Assembly (NCBI GenBank): GCA_945897565.1
Contig: CAMDFN010000003.1
Coordinates: forward strand, 48,508-112,507
Length of the DNA stretch: 64,000 nt
Direction of reading: 5' to 3'
Source: Chryseobacterium gleum
GTDB lineage: Bacteria > Bacteroidota > Bacteroidia > Flavobacteriales_D > Crocinitomicaceae
Shown: in pieces, positions 9,564-18,585 of the stretch
How positions within the stretch are numbered: the stretch's first letter is position 1
Layout of the letters: the number at the start of each line of letters is the position of its first letter
The notes under the pieces: model-generated
Database searches by the model: none
What the model was told of the DNA's origin: nothing
Seen by the model: the letters and a program-made list of their open reading frames with translations, nothing else
Position numbers and translations under genes: made by a program

Positions 9564-10379
9564 TTAAATTTCGAAGCGCTGAACATGCAAAGCCATTTGA
9601 GCTTGCATCTTCAGCGCTTCTTCTTTTGCAGCAACTGCAAAATCTTCGCCATCGCTGGCGTATATAATAGCACGTGAAGAATTGACAAGCAAACCGCACT
9701 GCGCATTTGCACCGTATTTGACTACCGTATCTAAATCCCCACCTTGCGCGCCAACTCCCGGCACCAAAAAGAAATAATCTGGTGCCAAAGCACGAACTCT
9801 AGCAATATCTTCTGCGCGCGTAGCACCTACAACATACATCATGTTTTCCGGAGTTCCCCACTCGGCTGATTTTTCTAAAACAGTTTCGAAGAGCGCTTTA
9901 CCATTCAATTCCATCAATTGGAAATCTTTGGCGCCTTCATTGGAAGTAAGTGCAAGTAAAATGACCCATTTATTTTCAAATTGCAAGAAGGGCTGGACTG
10001 AGTCAGAGCCCATATAAGGCGCCACCGTTAACGCATCTGCTTGCAGGTGCTCAAAAAATGTTTGGGCATAATAAGTTGAGGTGTTGCCGATATCACCGCG
10101 CTTGGCATCAGCAATGACCATACATTCTTTTGGAATATAGGCCATGGTTTTGCGCAGTGCTTCCCAACCTTTAGCGCCGTGGCACTCAAAAAATGCTGTA
10201 TTGGGCTTAAATGCAACGGCAAAAGGATGTGTGGCATCTATAATGGCCTTGCAAAATTCAAAAAGAGGGTCTTCGGTTTGTAGTAAATGGGGCGGTATTT
10301 TGGCCAGATCTGGATCGAGCCCAATACATAAAAAACTTTCTTTAAGCTTGATTTGCTCAATGAGTGCGGCTTTGGTCAT
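9564..10379 (-). CDS. pyrF: Orotidine 5'-phosphate decarboxylase (long type)
   Basis: 271-aa ORF with OMP decarboxylase motifs ([20 protein letters not shown]). Its start overlaps the prfA stop. Confidence 0.9.
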   Translation of the reverse strand: MTKAALIEQIKLKESFLCIGLDPDLAKIPPHLLQTEDPLFEFCKAIIDATHPFAVAFKPNTAFFECHGAKGWEALRKTMAYIPKECMVIADAKRGDIGNTSTYYAQTFFEHLQADALTVAPYMGSDSVQPFLQFENKWVILLALTSNEGAKDFQLMELNGKALFETVLEKSAEWGTPENMMYVVGATRAEDIARVRALAPDYFFLVPGVGAQGGDLDTVVKYGANAQCGLLVNSSRAIIYASDGEDFAVAAKEEALKMQAQMALHVQRFEI

Positions 10380-11455
10380 GCGGTTTCTCCTTTTAATTTT
10401 TCGGCGTTTTCCGCCATTTTAAGGGCATCGAGCATTTCTTGCACATCTCCATTCATGAACGCGCTGAGATTGTACATGGTTTTGTTGATGCGGTGGTCTG
10501 TGATGCGGCCCTGCGGATAGTTATAGGTACGGATTTTTGCGGAGCGGTCTCCGGTGGAGACAAGGGTTTTTCTTTGGGCAGCGCGCTCGTTATGAATGCG
10601 GTCCAGCTCTTGTTGATACAAGCGCGAACGCAATACAGAAATGGCTTTCTCTAAGTTTTTGTGCTGAGAACGGCCATCTTGACACTCCACTACCACACCT
10701 GTAGGAATGTGCGTGAGGCGAATAGCAGACTCCGTTTTGTTGATGTGCTGCCCTCCTGCACCCGATGCTCGGAAGGTGTCTTTTCGAACATCGTTCATGT
10801 CGAGCTCAAAATCGACTTCTTCTGCCTCTGGCAAAATGGCAACCGTAATAGCTGATGTATGCACGCGGCCTTGCGATTCAGTTTCCGGTACGCGCTGTAC
10901 GCGATGCACACCCGACTCAAATTTCAAGGAACCGTATATACCGGTGCCTGTAATTTCCATAGAAATTTCTTTGTATCCTTTGACAGAGCCTTCTGAGGAA
11001 TTGAGTACATCTACGCTCCAGCCCATAGCTTTGAAATACATAGTGTACATGCGGAAGATGTCTTCTACAAAGATACAGGCTTCGTCTCCGCCCGTACCTG
11101 CGCGCAATTCGATGATTGCGTTTTTGTCGTCTTCGGGGTCTTTTGGAATGAGCAATAATTTGATTTCTTCCTCTAAGAGCGGGCGGGCTTGCTCTAGCTC
11201 GTCAATTTCTGCCTTGGCCATTTCGCGCATTTCTGGGTCCTGCTCTTCTTCGAGCAAGGCTTTTGCGCTGTGGAGATTGCTGAGTAAAAGTTTGAAGCGC
11301 AGGTAGACTTCATCTAGCACGTCGAGGTCGCGGTATTCTTTGTTGAGTTTGACGTACCGACTCATGTCCGAGATGATATCGGGATCTGTGATCATTTTGC
11401 CGACTTCAATGAAGCGAAAATGAATGGCTTCTAACTTATTCAGTAAATCTGACAT
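10376..11455 (-). CDS. prfA: Peptide chain release factor 1
   Basis: 359-aa ORF with the GGQ motif ([14 protein letters not shown]) and the RF1-specific PxT tripeptide (VPETESQGR). Confidence 0.95.
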   Translation of the reverse strand: MSDLLNKLEAIHFRFIEVGKMITDPDIISDMSRYVKLNKEYRDLDVLDEVYLRFKLLLSNLHSAKALLEEEQDPEMREMAKAEIDELEQARPLLEEEIKLLLIPKDPEDDKNAIIELRAGTGGDEACIFVEDIFRMYTMYFKAMGWSVDVLNSSEGSVKGYKEISMEITGTGIYGSLKFESGVHRVQRVPETESQGRVHTSAITVAILPEAEEVDFELDMNDVRKDTFRASGAGGQHINKTESAIRLTHIPTGVVVECQDGRSQHKNLEKAISVLRSRLYQQELDRIHNERAAQRKTLVSTGDRSAKIRTYNYPQGRITDHRINKTMYNLSAFMNGDVQEMLDALKMAENAEKLKGETA

Positions 11456-11472
11456 GCGGCAAAGATAGGCAT

Positions 11473-11497
11473 AAAAAAACCACCCGAAGGTGGTTTT
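11473..11497 (-). terminator. Rho-independent terminator after the prx-trx-84-aa gene operon
   Basis: On the minus strand: AAAACCACC-UUCG-GGUGGUUUUUUU. This is a GC stem with a cUUCGg tetraloop and a T-tract, directly after the stop at 11501. Confidence 0.7.
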
Positions 11498-11500
11498 AAG

Positions 11501-11755
11501 TCAGTTAATCGATCCGGTGACGCGTTTCATGAAGCCATTTAAGGCATCTCGTTTGGGTACACCATTCTGGATTTCTTTGTGCACCTCAAGTGCGCCAGAG
11601 AAATTAGAAAGTAATTCGCCAATGACGTCGAGTTCTTCGTCTTTGATGCCTGGGGCCTCAATGAGGCACTCGAGCGTCTCCATGGTTTCGTTGATGTAAT
11701 CTTCGTCGTTTTGTTCGATGAACTCTACGAGGTGTTTAATGACTGGTAAGCGCAT
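11501..11755 (-). CDS. Small acidic hypothetical protein (DUF6952-like by memory), co-operonic with thioredoxin
   Basis: 84-aa ORF whose ATG lies 20 nt inside the 3' end of the thioredoxin gene. A terminator follows. Confidence 0.55.
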   Translation of the reverse strand: MRLPVIKHLVEFIEQNDEDYINETMETLECLIEAPGIKDEELDVIGELLSNFSGALEVHKEIQNGVPKRDALNGFMKRVTGSIN

Positions 11756-12050
11756 CTAGAACTTCTTGAATGGTTTCTATTTTATTTCCTTGTGCTTCCG
11801 ATACCAATTTGCCGCCTTCAAAGGAGGCAAACGTAGGCAAGTTACTCACATTTGCAAACTGACGCGCATTCGGATAGTGTTCTGCATCTACGTATACAAA
11901 TGCGATGTCTGGATGTGTCTCGGCCAAGCGCTTGAACTTTGGCTTGGTAATTTTGCAATTGCCACACCAGCCTGCGCCGTACTGTACCATTACCTTAGTA
12001 TTGGCAGCAAGAACTTGATCTAGGGTGTCAGCAGTGAGGTCGCTAAACAT
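11736..12050 (-). CDS. Thioredoxin family protein
   Basis: 104-aa ORF with the CxxC active site WCGNC in thioredoxin-fold context. Confidence 0.8.
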   Translation of the reverse strand: MFSDLTADTLDQVLAANTKVMVQYGAGWCGNCKITKPKFKRLAETHPDIAFVYVDAEHYPNARQFANVSNLPTFASFEGGKLVSEAQGNKIETIQEVLDALTSH

Positions 12051-12054
12051 GCGC

Positions 12055-12678
12055 TTAGTGTTTGCTGAGGTAATCTGCTACACCAGTGCGCGTAGCGTTC
12101 ATGGCATCTTTTCCTTCTTCCCAGTTGGCCGGGCATACTTCACCGTGTTTTTGAACGTGTGCAAAAGCATCGATCAAGCGGATGAATTCATGTACATTGC
12201 GCCCTACTGGGAAATGGTTGACAGATTCGTGAAATACCATTCCGGTTTCGTCTAATAAGTATGTAGCACGGTAAGGTACGTTGTCGCCAGCCATGTTGTC
12301 TTCATCGAACATGTCGTAATCTAAGATACCTAACTCTTGTGCCAATAAACGCGTGGAGTCAGCGATCAAAGGAAAACGCACGCCTTCGATGCCACCGTTG
12401 TCTTTTGTTGTACTCAACCATGCAAAGTGTACTTCTGCGGTATCGCAAGAGGCGCCAATGACGATTGTGTTGCGCTTTTCAAACTCAGCAGCAGCTTCTT
12501 GAAAAGCATGGATTTCTGTTGGGCAGACGAAAGTGAAGTCTTTGGGGTACCAAAACAAGACCACTTTTTTATTGTTGTCTACGGCTTGTTGTAATACGTT
12601 CAATTGAAAGGCATCGCCCATTTCGTCGATGGCCTTTACGGTAATGTCTGGGAATTTTTTTCCTACTAAAGTTGACAT
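12055..12678 (-). CDS. Typical 2-Cys peroxiredoxin
   Basis: 207-aa ORF with the peroxidatic Cys motif FTFVCPTE and the resolving Cys motif GEVCPANW. Confidence 0.9.
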   Translation of the reverse strand: MSTLVGKKFPDITVKAIDEMGDAFQLNVLQQAVDNNKKVVLFWYPKDFTFVCPTEIHAFQEAAAEFEKRNTIVIGASCDTAEVHFAWLSTTKDNGGIEGVRFPLIADSTRLLAQELGILDYDMFDEDNMAGDNVPYRATYLLDETGMVFHESVNHFPVGRNVHEFIRLIDAFAHVQKHGEVCPANWEEGKDAMNATRTGVADYLSKH

Positions 12679-12712
12679 ATTTTTTTGTTTTAAGGATTAC
12701 TAATTTATCCAA

Positions 12713-12720
12713 CAAAGATA
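12713..12720 (-). promoter_or_regulatory. Bacteroidota -7 box (TATCTTTG, minus strand) upstream of peroxiredoxin
   Basis: The reverse complement of caaagata matches TAnnTTTG, 34 nt before ATG 12678. Confidence 0.45.
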
Positions 12721-12765
12721 CTGTGCTTTGGTTGGAGAAGTGTTATAATTTATTTCAATTTATTT

Positions 12766-12773
12766 TATATTTG
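12766..12773 (+). promoter_or_regulatory. Bacteroidota -7 box (TATATTTG) upstream of oxyR
   Basis: TAnnTTTG match 16 nt before ATG 12790. Confidence 0.4.
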
Positions 12774-12774
12774 T

Positions 12775-12789
12775 ATAGATTCTTTCTAT
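12775..12789. promoter_or_regulatory. ATAG-N7-CTAT dyad (LysR T-N11-A / OxyR half-operator-like)
   Basis: ATAGattctttCTAT lies between the -7 box and the oxyR ATG. Only one dyad is present, not the full four-element OxyR site. Confidence 0.35.
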
Positions 12790-13719
12790 ATGATTTCCAT
12801 CCAACAAATGAACTACATCGTTGTGCTCAGCGAAGAATTACTCTTTCAAAGGGCCAGCGAGCGCTGTTTTGTGACGCAACCCACGCTTTCCATGCAAATC
12901 AAAAAAGCAGAAGAAACATTGGGTTACCCCATCTTTGACCGCGATAGCAATCCGTTGCAGCTCACTCCGTCGGGAGAAAAACTCATTCCTATACTCCGAG
13001 AAATTCTCGCAGAAACCGACAAAATCAAACTGCTTTCAGATCAACTCAAAGGACAGGTCAAAGAAGAGATCCGCATTGGAATTATCCCGACAATTGCCGC
13101 CTACATGCTTCCCGACCTTTTCAGTACATGGATTGCAGATTTTGGCAATATCAAACTCAAAATACGCGAACTCAAAACAAGCGATGTGTTGGAAGCGCTA
13201 GACCGAAAAGAACTCGACATGGCAATTATAGCCGGGCCACATCTGAACCCCCGTTTGAGAACGGTGCCACTCTATTTAGAAGAGATTAAAGTGTATTGCC
13301 CCGAAGTTCAAGAAGAGGTAATACATTTTGAACAAATACAACAAAAACATCCTTGGCTGCTCAATAAAGGGAATTGCTTGCGCACGCAAATGTTGCATTT
13401 CTGTCAAATAAAAGACGACACAAATTTACAAGATTGGGATTACGAAGGCGGCAACTTGCCACTGCTCATTGAAATGGTCGACAAAAATGGAGGTTATACG
13501 CTGCTTCCTTCTCACTACAAATTAAAAGCAGCGCAAAATATAGGCATCAAAAACATAGCAGATTTACAAGCAGCTCCGGCTAGGGAGGTTATTGCGATTG
13601 TGCCGAATAGAAGCATGAAAATGCCACACCTAGAAGCCATGATCAGGCAAATACAGCATTTTTATGGGCATAAAAAAACCAACAAAAATTTGTTGGTTTT
13701 AGATTGGGATGTCGCTTAA
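12790..13719 (+). CDS. oxyR: LysR-family hydrogen peroxide-responsive regulator OxyR
   Basis: 309-aa ORF with an N-terminal LysR HTH. The redox pair C-x8-C sits in OxyR context (GNCLRTQMLHFC, versus E. coli GHCLRDQAMGFC). It is divergent from the peroxiredoxin gene. Confidence 0.85.
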   Translation: MISIQQMNYIVVLSEELLFQRASERCFVTQPTLSMQIKKAEETLGYPIFDRDSNPLQLTPSGEKLIPILREILAETDKIKLLSDQLKGQVKEEIRIGIIPTIAAYMLPDLFSTWIADFGNIKLKIRELKTSDVLEALDRKELDMAIIAGPHLNPRLRTVPLYLEEIKVYCPEVQEEVIHFEQIQQKHPWLLNKGNCLRTQMLHFCQIKDDTNLQDWDYEGGNLPLLIEMVDKNGGYTLLPSHYKLKAAQNIGIKNIADLQAAPAREVIAIVPNRSMKMPHLEAMIRQIQHFYGHKKTNKNLLVLDWDVA

Positions 13720-13759
13720 TGAGCTGTTTGAAAGAACAGTTCAAAAACAAGCAAAATAA

Positions 13760-15103
13760 TTAGGCTTGTGCCAAGGCAACGAAGTCGTCGTAGGCCAATT
13801 CTTTCTTAGCTAAAGATACTGTGCTTTTGAAGTAAGCAGTAAGTTTGCCTTCTGCCAAACGGTCATAAATGCCATTGGCTTGCTCTTTGTTTTGCAACAA
13901 ACGTTGAGCTGTTTCGGTGAGTTCGGCGTCGTCTGGAGCTGGAAGCCCGTATTGCGCGTAGTTGCCGATCACTAAAGATTTAGTGAAGTTGATCACTTCT
14001 TCGTTGGTCAGTTGGATCTTGTTGTCTTTGAAAATTTTGGTCTGAATCAATTGCCACTTAAGGGAATTGAGATAAGCGTCGAACTCGCGCTCGAGGTCTT
14101 GTTCTAAAACAGGCTTTTCTGAAGAAGATTTGATCCATCTTTTTAGGAAGGCTTCTGGAAAAGTCATTTTGGTTTCGGCCAGGAGCATATCGAATACGCG
14201 TTTAGTGAACAAGCGGTCGGAGTCCTCTTCGAACATGCGCGCGAGGTCTGCCTCGATGCGTTGGTTCATTTCGGCTTCGGTTTTTACTTCGTCACCGAAT
14301 AACTTTTGGAATAGCTCCTCATTGAGTTCGGCCATTTCCATGCGCTTGATGTCGTTGACTGTAAATTGAAATGTAGAATTCAGCTCAGCATATGCTTCAG
14401 CAGAAATGCCCAACATAGCAGCGGCATCTTCCGGACCTTTAGAAACAAGCGCAAGGTCGAGTTCAAAAGCATCGTTGATTTTCTTGCCAATCAATAGGCT
14501 GCTGCCTTTTTTGTTTTCGAGAAATTCAATTGAGATGGTTGTAGCGTGATGGATACCACCTTCTTTTACGCCATTGGCGTCTAGTTCTTCGAATTTCCCC
14601 ATGACCATGTCTTTGTCGCTCACTTCTGCTGAAGAAATGAGTTTGCCATAACGGCGGCGGAGGTCTTCTGTTTGTTTGTCGACGAGTTTTTTGTCAATTT
14701 TGACGGTATTGTATTCCATTTTCGTGTTGGCTGAAATAGGGAGCTCAAATGATGGGCTGTAGCCAATTTCATAACTAAATGTAAAGTCTTGAGGCGCATC
14801 GAAACTGCCTTGAACACCGTTTTCTATGGGAAGCGGATTGCCAAGGAGATCGAGTTTTTCGTCGAGGACGTAGCGATACAAAGCATCGTTGGTGATTTTG
14901 TTGAGCTCTTCGAGCAACACGGACTTGCCATATTGTTTTTGAATGAGGCTCGCAGGTATATGGCCAGGTCGGAAGCCAGGAATTTTGGCTGTTTTACGGT
15001 GTTTATCGAGTGCAGCTTTGACTTTGTTTTGGTAGTCAGTTGCTGCAATTTCTACTTTGAGTACGCCATTTTGGGCATCGATTTCTTGACGTGTAATTTT
15101 CAT
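13760..15103 (-). CDS. tig: Trigger factor
   Basis: 447-aa ORF with a ribosome-binding signature in the N-terminal domain (GFRPGHIP) and trigger-factor length and architecture. Confidence 0.9.
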   Translation of the reverse strand: MKITRQEIDAQNGVLKVEIAATDYQNKVKAALDKHRKTAKIPGFRPGHIPASLIQKQYGKSVLLEELNKITNDALYRYVLDEKLDLLGNPLPIENGVQGSFDAPQDFTFSYEIGYSPSFELPISANTKMEYNTVKIDKKLVDKQTEDLRRRYGKLISSAEVSDKDMVMGKFEELDANGVKEGGIHHATTISIEFLENKKGSSLLIGKKINDAFELDLALVSKGPEDAAAMLGISAEAYAELNSTFQFTVNDIKRMEMAELNEELFQKLFGDEVKTEAEMNQRIEADLARMFEEDSDRLFTKRVFDMLLAETKMTFPEAFLKRWIKSSSEKPVLEQDLEREFDAYLNSLKWQLIQTKIFKDNKIQLTNEEVINFTKSLVIGNYAQYGLPAPDDAELTETAQRLLQNKEQANGIYDRLAEGKLTAYFKSTVSLAKKELAYDDFVALAQA

Positions 15104-15130
15104 GCGATCGTTTTGTTTAGCCTAATATTT

Positions 15131-15165
15131 AAAAAAAAAAAGGCCTCGTTGAACCAACGAGACCT
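15131..15165 (-). terminator. Rho-independent terminator after tRNA-Leu
   Basis: On the minus strand: AGGTCTCGTT-GGTTC-AACGAGGCCT followed by eleven T. Confidence 0.75.
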
Positions 15166-15168
15166 TAG

Positions 15169-15250
15169 TGCGGATGGAGGGACTCGAACCCGCACACCTC
15201 TCGGCACCAGATCCTAAGTCTGGCGTGTCTACCAATTTCACCACATCCGC
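15169..15250 (-). tRNA. tRNA-Leu (anticodon UAG)
   Basis: Folded by hand: acceptor GCGGATG/CATCCGC, D-arm GTG..CAC, anticodon stem CCAGA/TCTGG with loop CTTAGGA, a long variable arm, and T-loop TTCGAGT. There is one U.C mismatch in the T-stem and no encoded CCA. Confidence 0.8.
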
Positions 15251-15298
15251 AAATTTGTGTATGCCTTACGCCGTTTGCATAAGACCCCAAAGGGGTTG

Positions 15299-15306
15299 CA
15301 AAGATA
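15299..15306 (-). promoter_or_regulatory. Bacteroidota -7 box (TATCTTTG, minus strand) upstream of tRNA-Leu
   Basis: The reverse complement of caaagata lies ~48 nt upstream of the tRNA 5' end. Confidence 0.4.
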
Positions 15307-15353
15307 AGAAAGAAATCAATAATACAATAAGAGAATTGAAAAAAATTAGCTGA

Positions 15354-16121
15354 TTACAACGCTTTTTTTTGGAGTTGTGTGCGTATTTCTTTCATGAAGG
15401 AAGAGGCATAAACGAAACTTTCAATCTCTGGATTGGTTGCGTTGATAATGGAATGACGATCGCCCTCCCACCATTTTTTGCCTTGATGAATGAACAGGAT
15501 GTGGTCTCCGATTTCCATGACGCTGTTCATGTCATGGGTGATCACAACGGTGGTGATTTTGTATTCCTTGGTAATGTCTTGAATGAGTTTATCAATGACA
15601 AGAGATGTTTTGGGGTCTAGGCCAGAATTGGGCTCATCGCAAAATAAATAGCGCGGATTCATAGCAATTGCTCTTGCTATACCCACACGCTTTTGCATCC
15701 CGCCACTGCACTCAGAAGGAAGCAGTTTGTTGCGGCCAGCTAAATTGACGCGCTCCAAGCAAAAATCTGCTCTGGTCTGAATTTCGGCTTTGGTCATGTT
15801 GGTAAACATCTGTAGTGGAAACATGACGTTTTGCTCTACGGTCATGGAATCAAAAAGAGCTGCGCCCTGAAAGAGCATGCCAATTTCTTGGCGAATGCTA
15901 CTGCGCTGCGCGCGATCCATTACCGTAAAATTGCGCTGATCAAAAAGAATTTCGCCCTCCTCTGGTTCATAAAGCCCTACAATACATTTAGCTAAAACAG
16001 ACTTGCCCTGACCCGATTGCCCAATAATGAGATTCACTTGGCCCTCCTCAAACACATGATTGATGTCAAAAAGCACTTTCTGGCCATTGAAGCTTTTAGA
16101 GATGTTCTTGACTTCTATCAT
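15354..16121 (-). CDS. ABC transporter ATP-binding protein (MlaF-like)
   Basis: 255-aa ORF with Walker A GQSGQGKS, ABC signature CSGGMQKR and Walker B YLFCDEP. Confidence 0.85.
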   Translation of the reverse strand: MIEVKNISKSFNGQKVLFDINHVFEEGQVNLIIGQSGQGKSVLAKCIVGLYEPEEGEILFDQRNFTVMDRAQRSSIRQEIGMLFQGAALFDSMTVEQNVMFPLQMFTNMTKAEIQTRADFCLERVNLAGRNKLLPSECSGGMQKRVGIARAIAMNPRYLFCDEPNSGLDPKTSLVIDKLIQDITKEYKITTVVITHDMNSVMEIGDHILFIHQGKKWWEGDRHSIINATNPEIESFVYASSFMKEIRTQLQKKAL

Positions 16122-16861
16122 GAGAGGAGCATGAGTTGGGTAAGAATAAAATTGGCAATGAGAATAGCAACGCTACTGCTCACGACCGCTTGCGTAGAAG
16201 CCTTCCCTACATCTAGCGAGCCGCCTTTTACGTAGTAGCCATAAAAGGAGGATATACTCACAATTAAAAAACCAAAAACGATGGTTTTGGTGAGCGCATA
16301 AGTAATATGGAACGGATTAAAAAAGGAGCGAACTCCTAAAATGTAGATTTCGGTGGTGGTGAGGTTTGAAACCAATAAAGCCAACCAGCCGCCGAACATG
16401 GAAAGCGCCATAGAGAAGATGACCAAAACAGGGAAAAATACTAAGGCGGCTGTAATTTTGGGCAACACTAAGAAATTTAAGGAATTGACACCCATGATTT
16501 CCAACGCATCTATTTGCTCAGACACCCGCTTGGTGCCAATTTCTGAAGCGACATTTGAACCCACCTTTCCTGCCAAAATAAGAGAAATGATGGTTGGTGA
16601 AAATTCTAAAATGGTACTCGATTGGGTAATGAAACCAACGGTGTACTCGGGCAACAACGGGCTTTCCATACTAGATGCGGTTTGCAAAGCGATAACGGCC
16701 CCCATAAAGGTGGACATCAGGGCAACAATTGGCAAAGAGTTGATGCCGATTTGTTCAATTTCTAAAAGCGTGTGTTTCCAGTAAAAACGCCAGCGATCAG
16801 GTCTAGAAAAGACGACACTGAGCATGAGGATGTATTTACCGAACTGTCTGAGAAGATTCAC
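16118..16861 (-). CDS. ABC transporter permease (MlaE-like)
   Basis: 247-aa polytopic membrane ORF whose stop overlaps the ATPase start. It resembles the MlaE/YrbE family (EQIDALEIMGVN). Confidence 0.75.
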   Translation of the reverse strand: MNLLRQFGKYILMLSVVFSRPDRWRFYWKHTLLEIEQIGINSLPIVALMSTFMGAVIALQTASSMESPLLPEYTVGFITQSSTILEFSPTIISLILAGKVGSNVASEIGTKRVSEQIDALEIMGVNSLNFLVLPKITAALVFFPVLVIFSMALSMFGGWLALLVSNLTTTEIYILGVRSFFNPFHITYALTKTIVFGFLIVSISSFYGYYVKGGSLDVGKASTQAVVSSSVAILIANFILTQLMLLS

Positions 16862-16891
16862 TACGCTAAATTAAACATTATTTTTGTGGTC

Positions 16892-17512
16892 ATGCAGTCT
16901 AAAAGACAACACTTCATTGATACCCTTCAAAAATTTGTGCCCGCAGATTTTGCGTCCTATTTAGCAGATTGTATTTTAGCAGCTGGCGTTCAGTTTAAAA
17001 TTGTGCCCGGACGCAAAACCAAGCTCGGTGATTTTCGCTCACACCCGCTCCAAAGAAAGCCCATCATTACCGTCAACGGCGACCTCAATCCCTATAGCTT
17101 TTTAATAACCTCTTTACACGAAATCGCTCACCTCGACACCTACCGTCAATACGGTTGGAAGGTACCCGCGCATGGGCTCGAATGGAAAACAGCATTTCGA
17201 CTGCGCTTATTGCCCGTATTAGAAAGCCGTGCCTTGCCTCCAGAACTACACCAAGTGCTCGAAAGAAGTTTTGTCCGACTCAAGGCCTCTAGCGGGGCTG
17301 ATGTCCAACTCAGCCGTGTCTTAAAGACTTTTGACCAAACCGACGAAATCACTTTAGAATCGCTGGCTAAAAACACGCATTTTCTCTTGAACAACAAGCA
17401 CTTCATTAAAGGTGAACTCCGCAGAACTCGTTATCTTTGTACCGAATTTGACACCAAGCGCATTTATTTAATCCATGCGCTTGCTGCCATAACACCACTC
17501 TCACATGAATAG
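16892..17512 (+). CDS. SprT-like zinc metalloprotease domain protein
   Basis: The start is moved to ATG 16892, because the track start 16772 overlaps the mlaE-like gene. A HExxH motif (LHEIAHL) is present. Confidence 0.55.
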   Translation: MQSKRQHFIDTLQKFVPADFASYLADCILAAGVQFKIVPGRKTKLGDFRSHPLQRKPIITVNGDLNPYSFLITSLHEIAHLDTYRQYGWKVPAHGLEWKTAFRLRLLPVLESRALPPELHQVLERSFVRLKASSGADVQLSRVLKTFDQTDEITLESLAKNTHFLLNNKHFIKGELRRTRYLCTEFDTKRIYLIHALAAITPLSHE

Positions 17513-18572
17513 CAAACATACCTATGGCCTCATTATGGCTGGCGGCGTCGGAAGCCGATTTTGGCCGCTTTCAACTGCCGAAAACCCAAAGCAATTTTTA
17601 GACGTTCTGGGTATTGGCAAATCACTGCTCAGACTCACGTTTGAACGCTTGCAAAAATTCATTCCTGCAGAACACATTTACATCCTCACCAACACTTCTT
17701 ATGAAGCATTGGTGCTAGAACAACTTCCCGAACTCACCAGCAGTCAGGTATTGTGCGAGCCAGAGCGCAAAAACACCGCGCCCTGCATTGCTTACGCAGC
17801 AGCCAAAATTCAGGCCATTGACCCTACTGCAACGCTGCTTATTTCTCCTGCAGACCACCTCATTATCAATGAAGCCCGTTTCGAAGAAATCATCCGCACC
17901 GCATGGCAAACCGCCCAAGAAGACCAACTCGTTACACTCGGCATAGAACCAACTAGGCCCGATACAGGCTATGGCTATATTGAGTTTGAAAAAACGGCGC
18001 AAACCCAAAAAGGTAGCGCTTGTTCGGTTTTACAATTCAGAGAGAAACCAAACTCAGCCACTGCTGAAGCATTCCTTCGTGCGGGCAACTTCTACTGGAA
18101 TGCAGGTATTTTTGTTTGGAAAGCCGCAGTCATTCTCGAGGCGCTCAAGCAACACCAAACAGCTATTTACAATATCTTCACCGCTCAGCCATCCGTTTAT
18201 GGCAGCCCCCAAGAAACCGCTTTCTTAAAAGATGCGTTTGCGGCATGCCCAGATATTTCTATAGACTTTGCAGTTATGGAAAAAGCACAAAATGTCAGCA
18301 TGGTATTAGCCGACTTCGACTGGAGTGACCTCGGCACATGGGGCAGCCTTACAACACATCTACATAAAGACACACAGCAAAATTCAATTATCGGCCAAAA
18401 TGTATTTGCCTTTGACTCCAATAATTGTTTGGTCAATGTACCACAAGCAAAAACAGTGCTGCTCGATGGCCTTCAAGACTACATCGTTATAGACACCGAC
18501 GACAAACTAATGGTGCTCAAACTGAGCAACGAACAAAAGCTCAAAGAATACCTCAAAGCAATGGGGCTCTAA
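17505..18572 (+). CDS. Mannose-1-phosphate guanylyltransferase (nucleotidyltransferase domain only)
   Basis: 355-aa ORF with the sugar-nucleotidyltransferase N-terminus (LIMAGGVGSRFWPLS) and a GYGYIE motif. Confidence 0.8.
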   Translation: MNSKHTYGLIMAGGVGSRFWPLSTAENPKQFLDVLGIGKSLLRLTFERLQKFIPAEHIYILTNTSYEALVLEQLPELTSSQVLCEPERKNTAPCIAYAAAKIQAIDPTATLLISPADHLIINEARFEEIIRTAWQTAQEDQLVTLGIEPTRPDTGYGYIEFEKTAQTQKGSACSVLQFREKPNSATAEAFLRAGNFYWNAGIFVWKAAVILEALKQHQTAIYNIFTAQPSVYGSPQETAFLKDAFAACPDISIDFAVMEKAQNVSMVLADFDWSDLGTWGSLTTHLHKDTQQNSIIGQNVFAFDSNNCLVNVPQAKTVLLDGLQDYIVIDTDDKLMVLKLSNEQKLKEYLKAMGL

Positions 18573-18585
18573 ATTGTAGCAAAAG

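Noticed and set aside
10707-11306. 199-aa plus-strand ORF antisense to prfA. Similar long antisense ORFs occur at 16353..16784, 18721..19116, 33261..33689, 38514..38927 and 46393..46773.
   Set aside because: Each lies entirely inside a well-supported conserved gene on the other strand. Their translations are Ser/Cys/Arg-rich low-complexity sequences typical of antisense frames. None has a promoter box or independent context.
11479-11494. The shared 14-nt core CCACCCGAAGGTGG at 11480-11493 and 23576-23589 as a dispersed repeat or REP-like mobile element
   Set aside because: Both copies are the stem-loops of minus-strand intrinsic terminators with a cUUCGg tetraloop followed by T-runs. The flanks are unrelated. 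Convergence on a stable GC stem plus tetraloop is enough to explain the match.
13720-13759. Imperfect hairpin GAGCTGTT-TGAAAG-AACAGTTC between oxyR and tig as a bidirectional terminator
   Set aside because: The 8-bp stem includes a G.U pair and has no adjacent T-run on either strand. The evidence is too weak to call.
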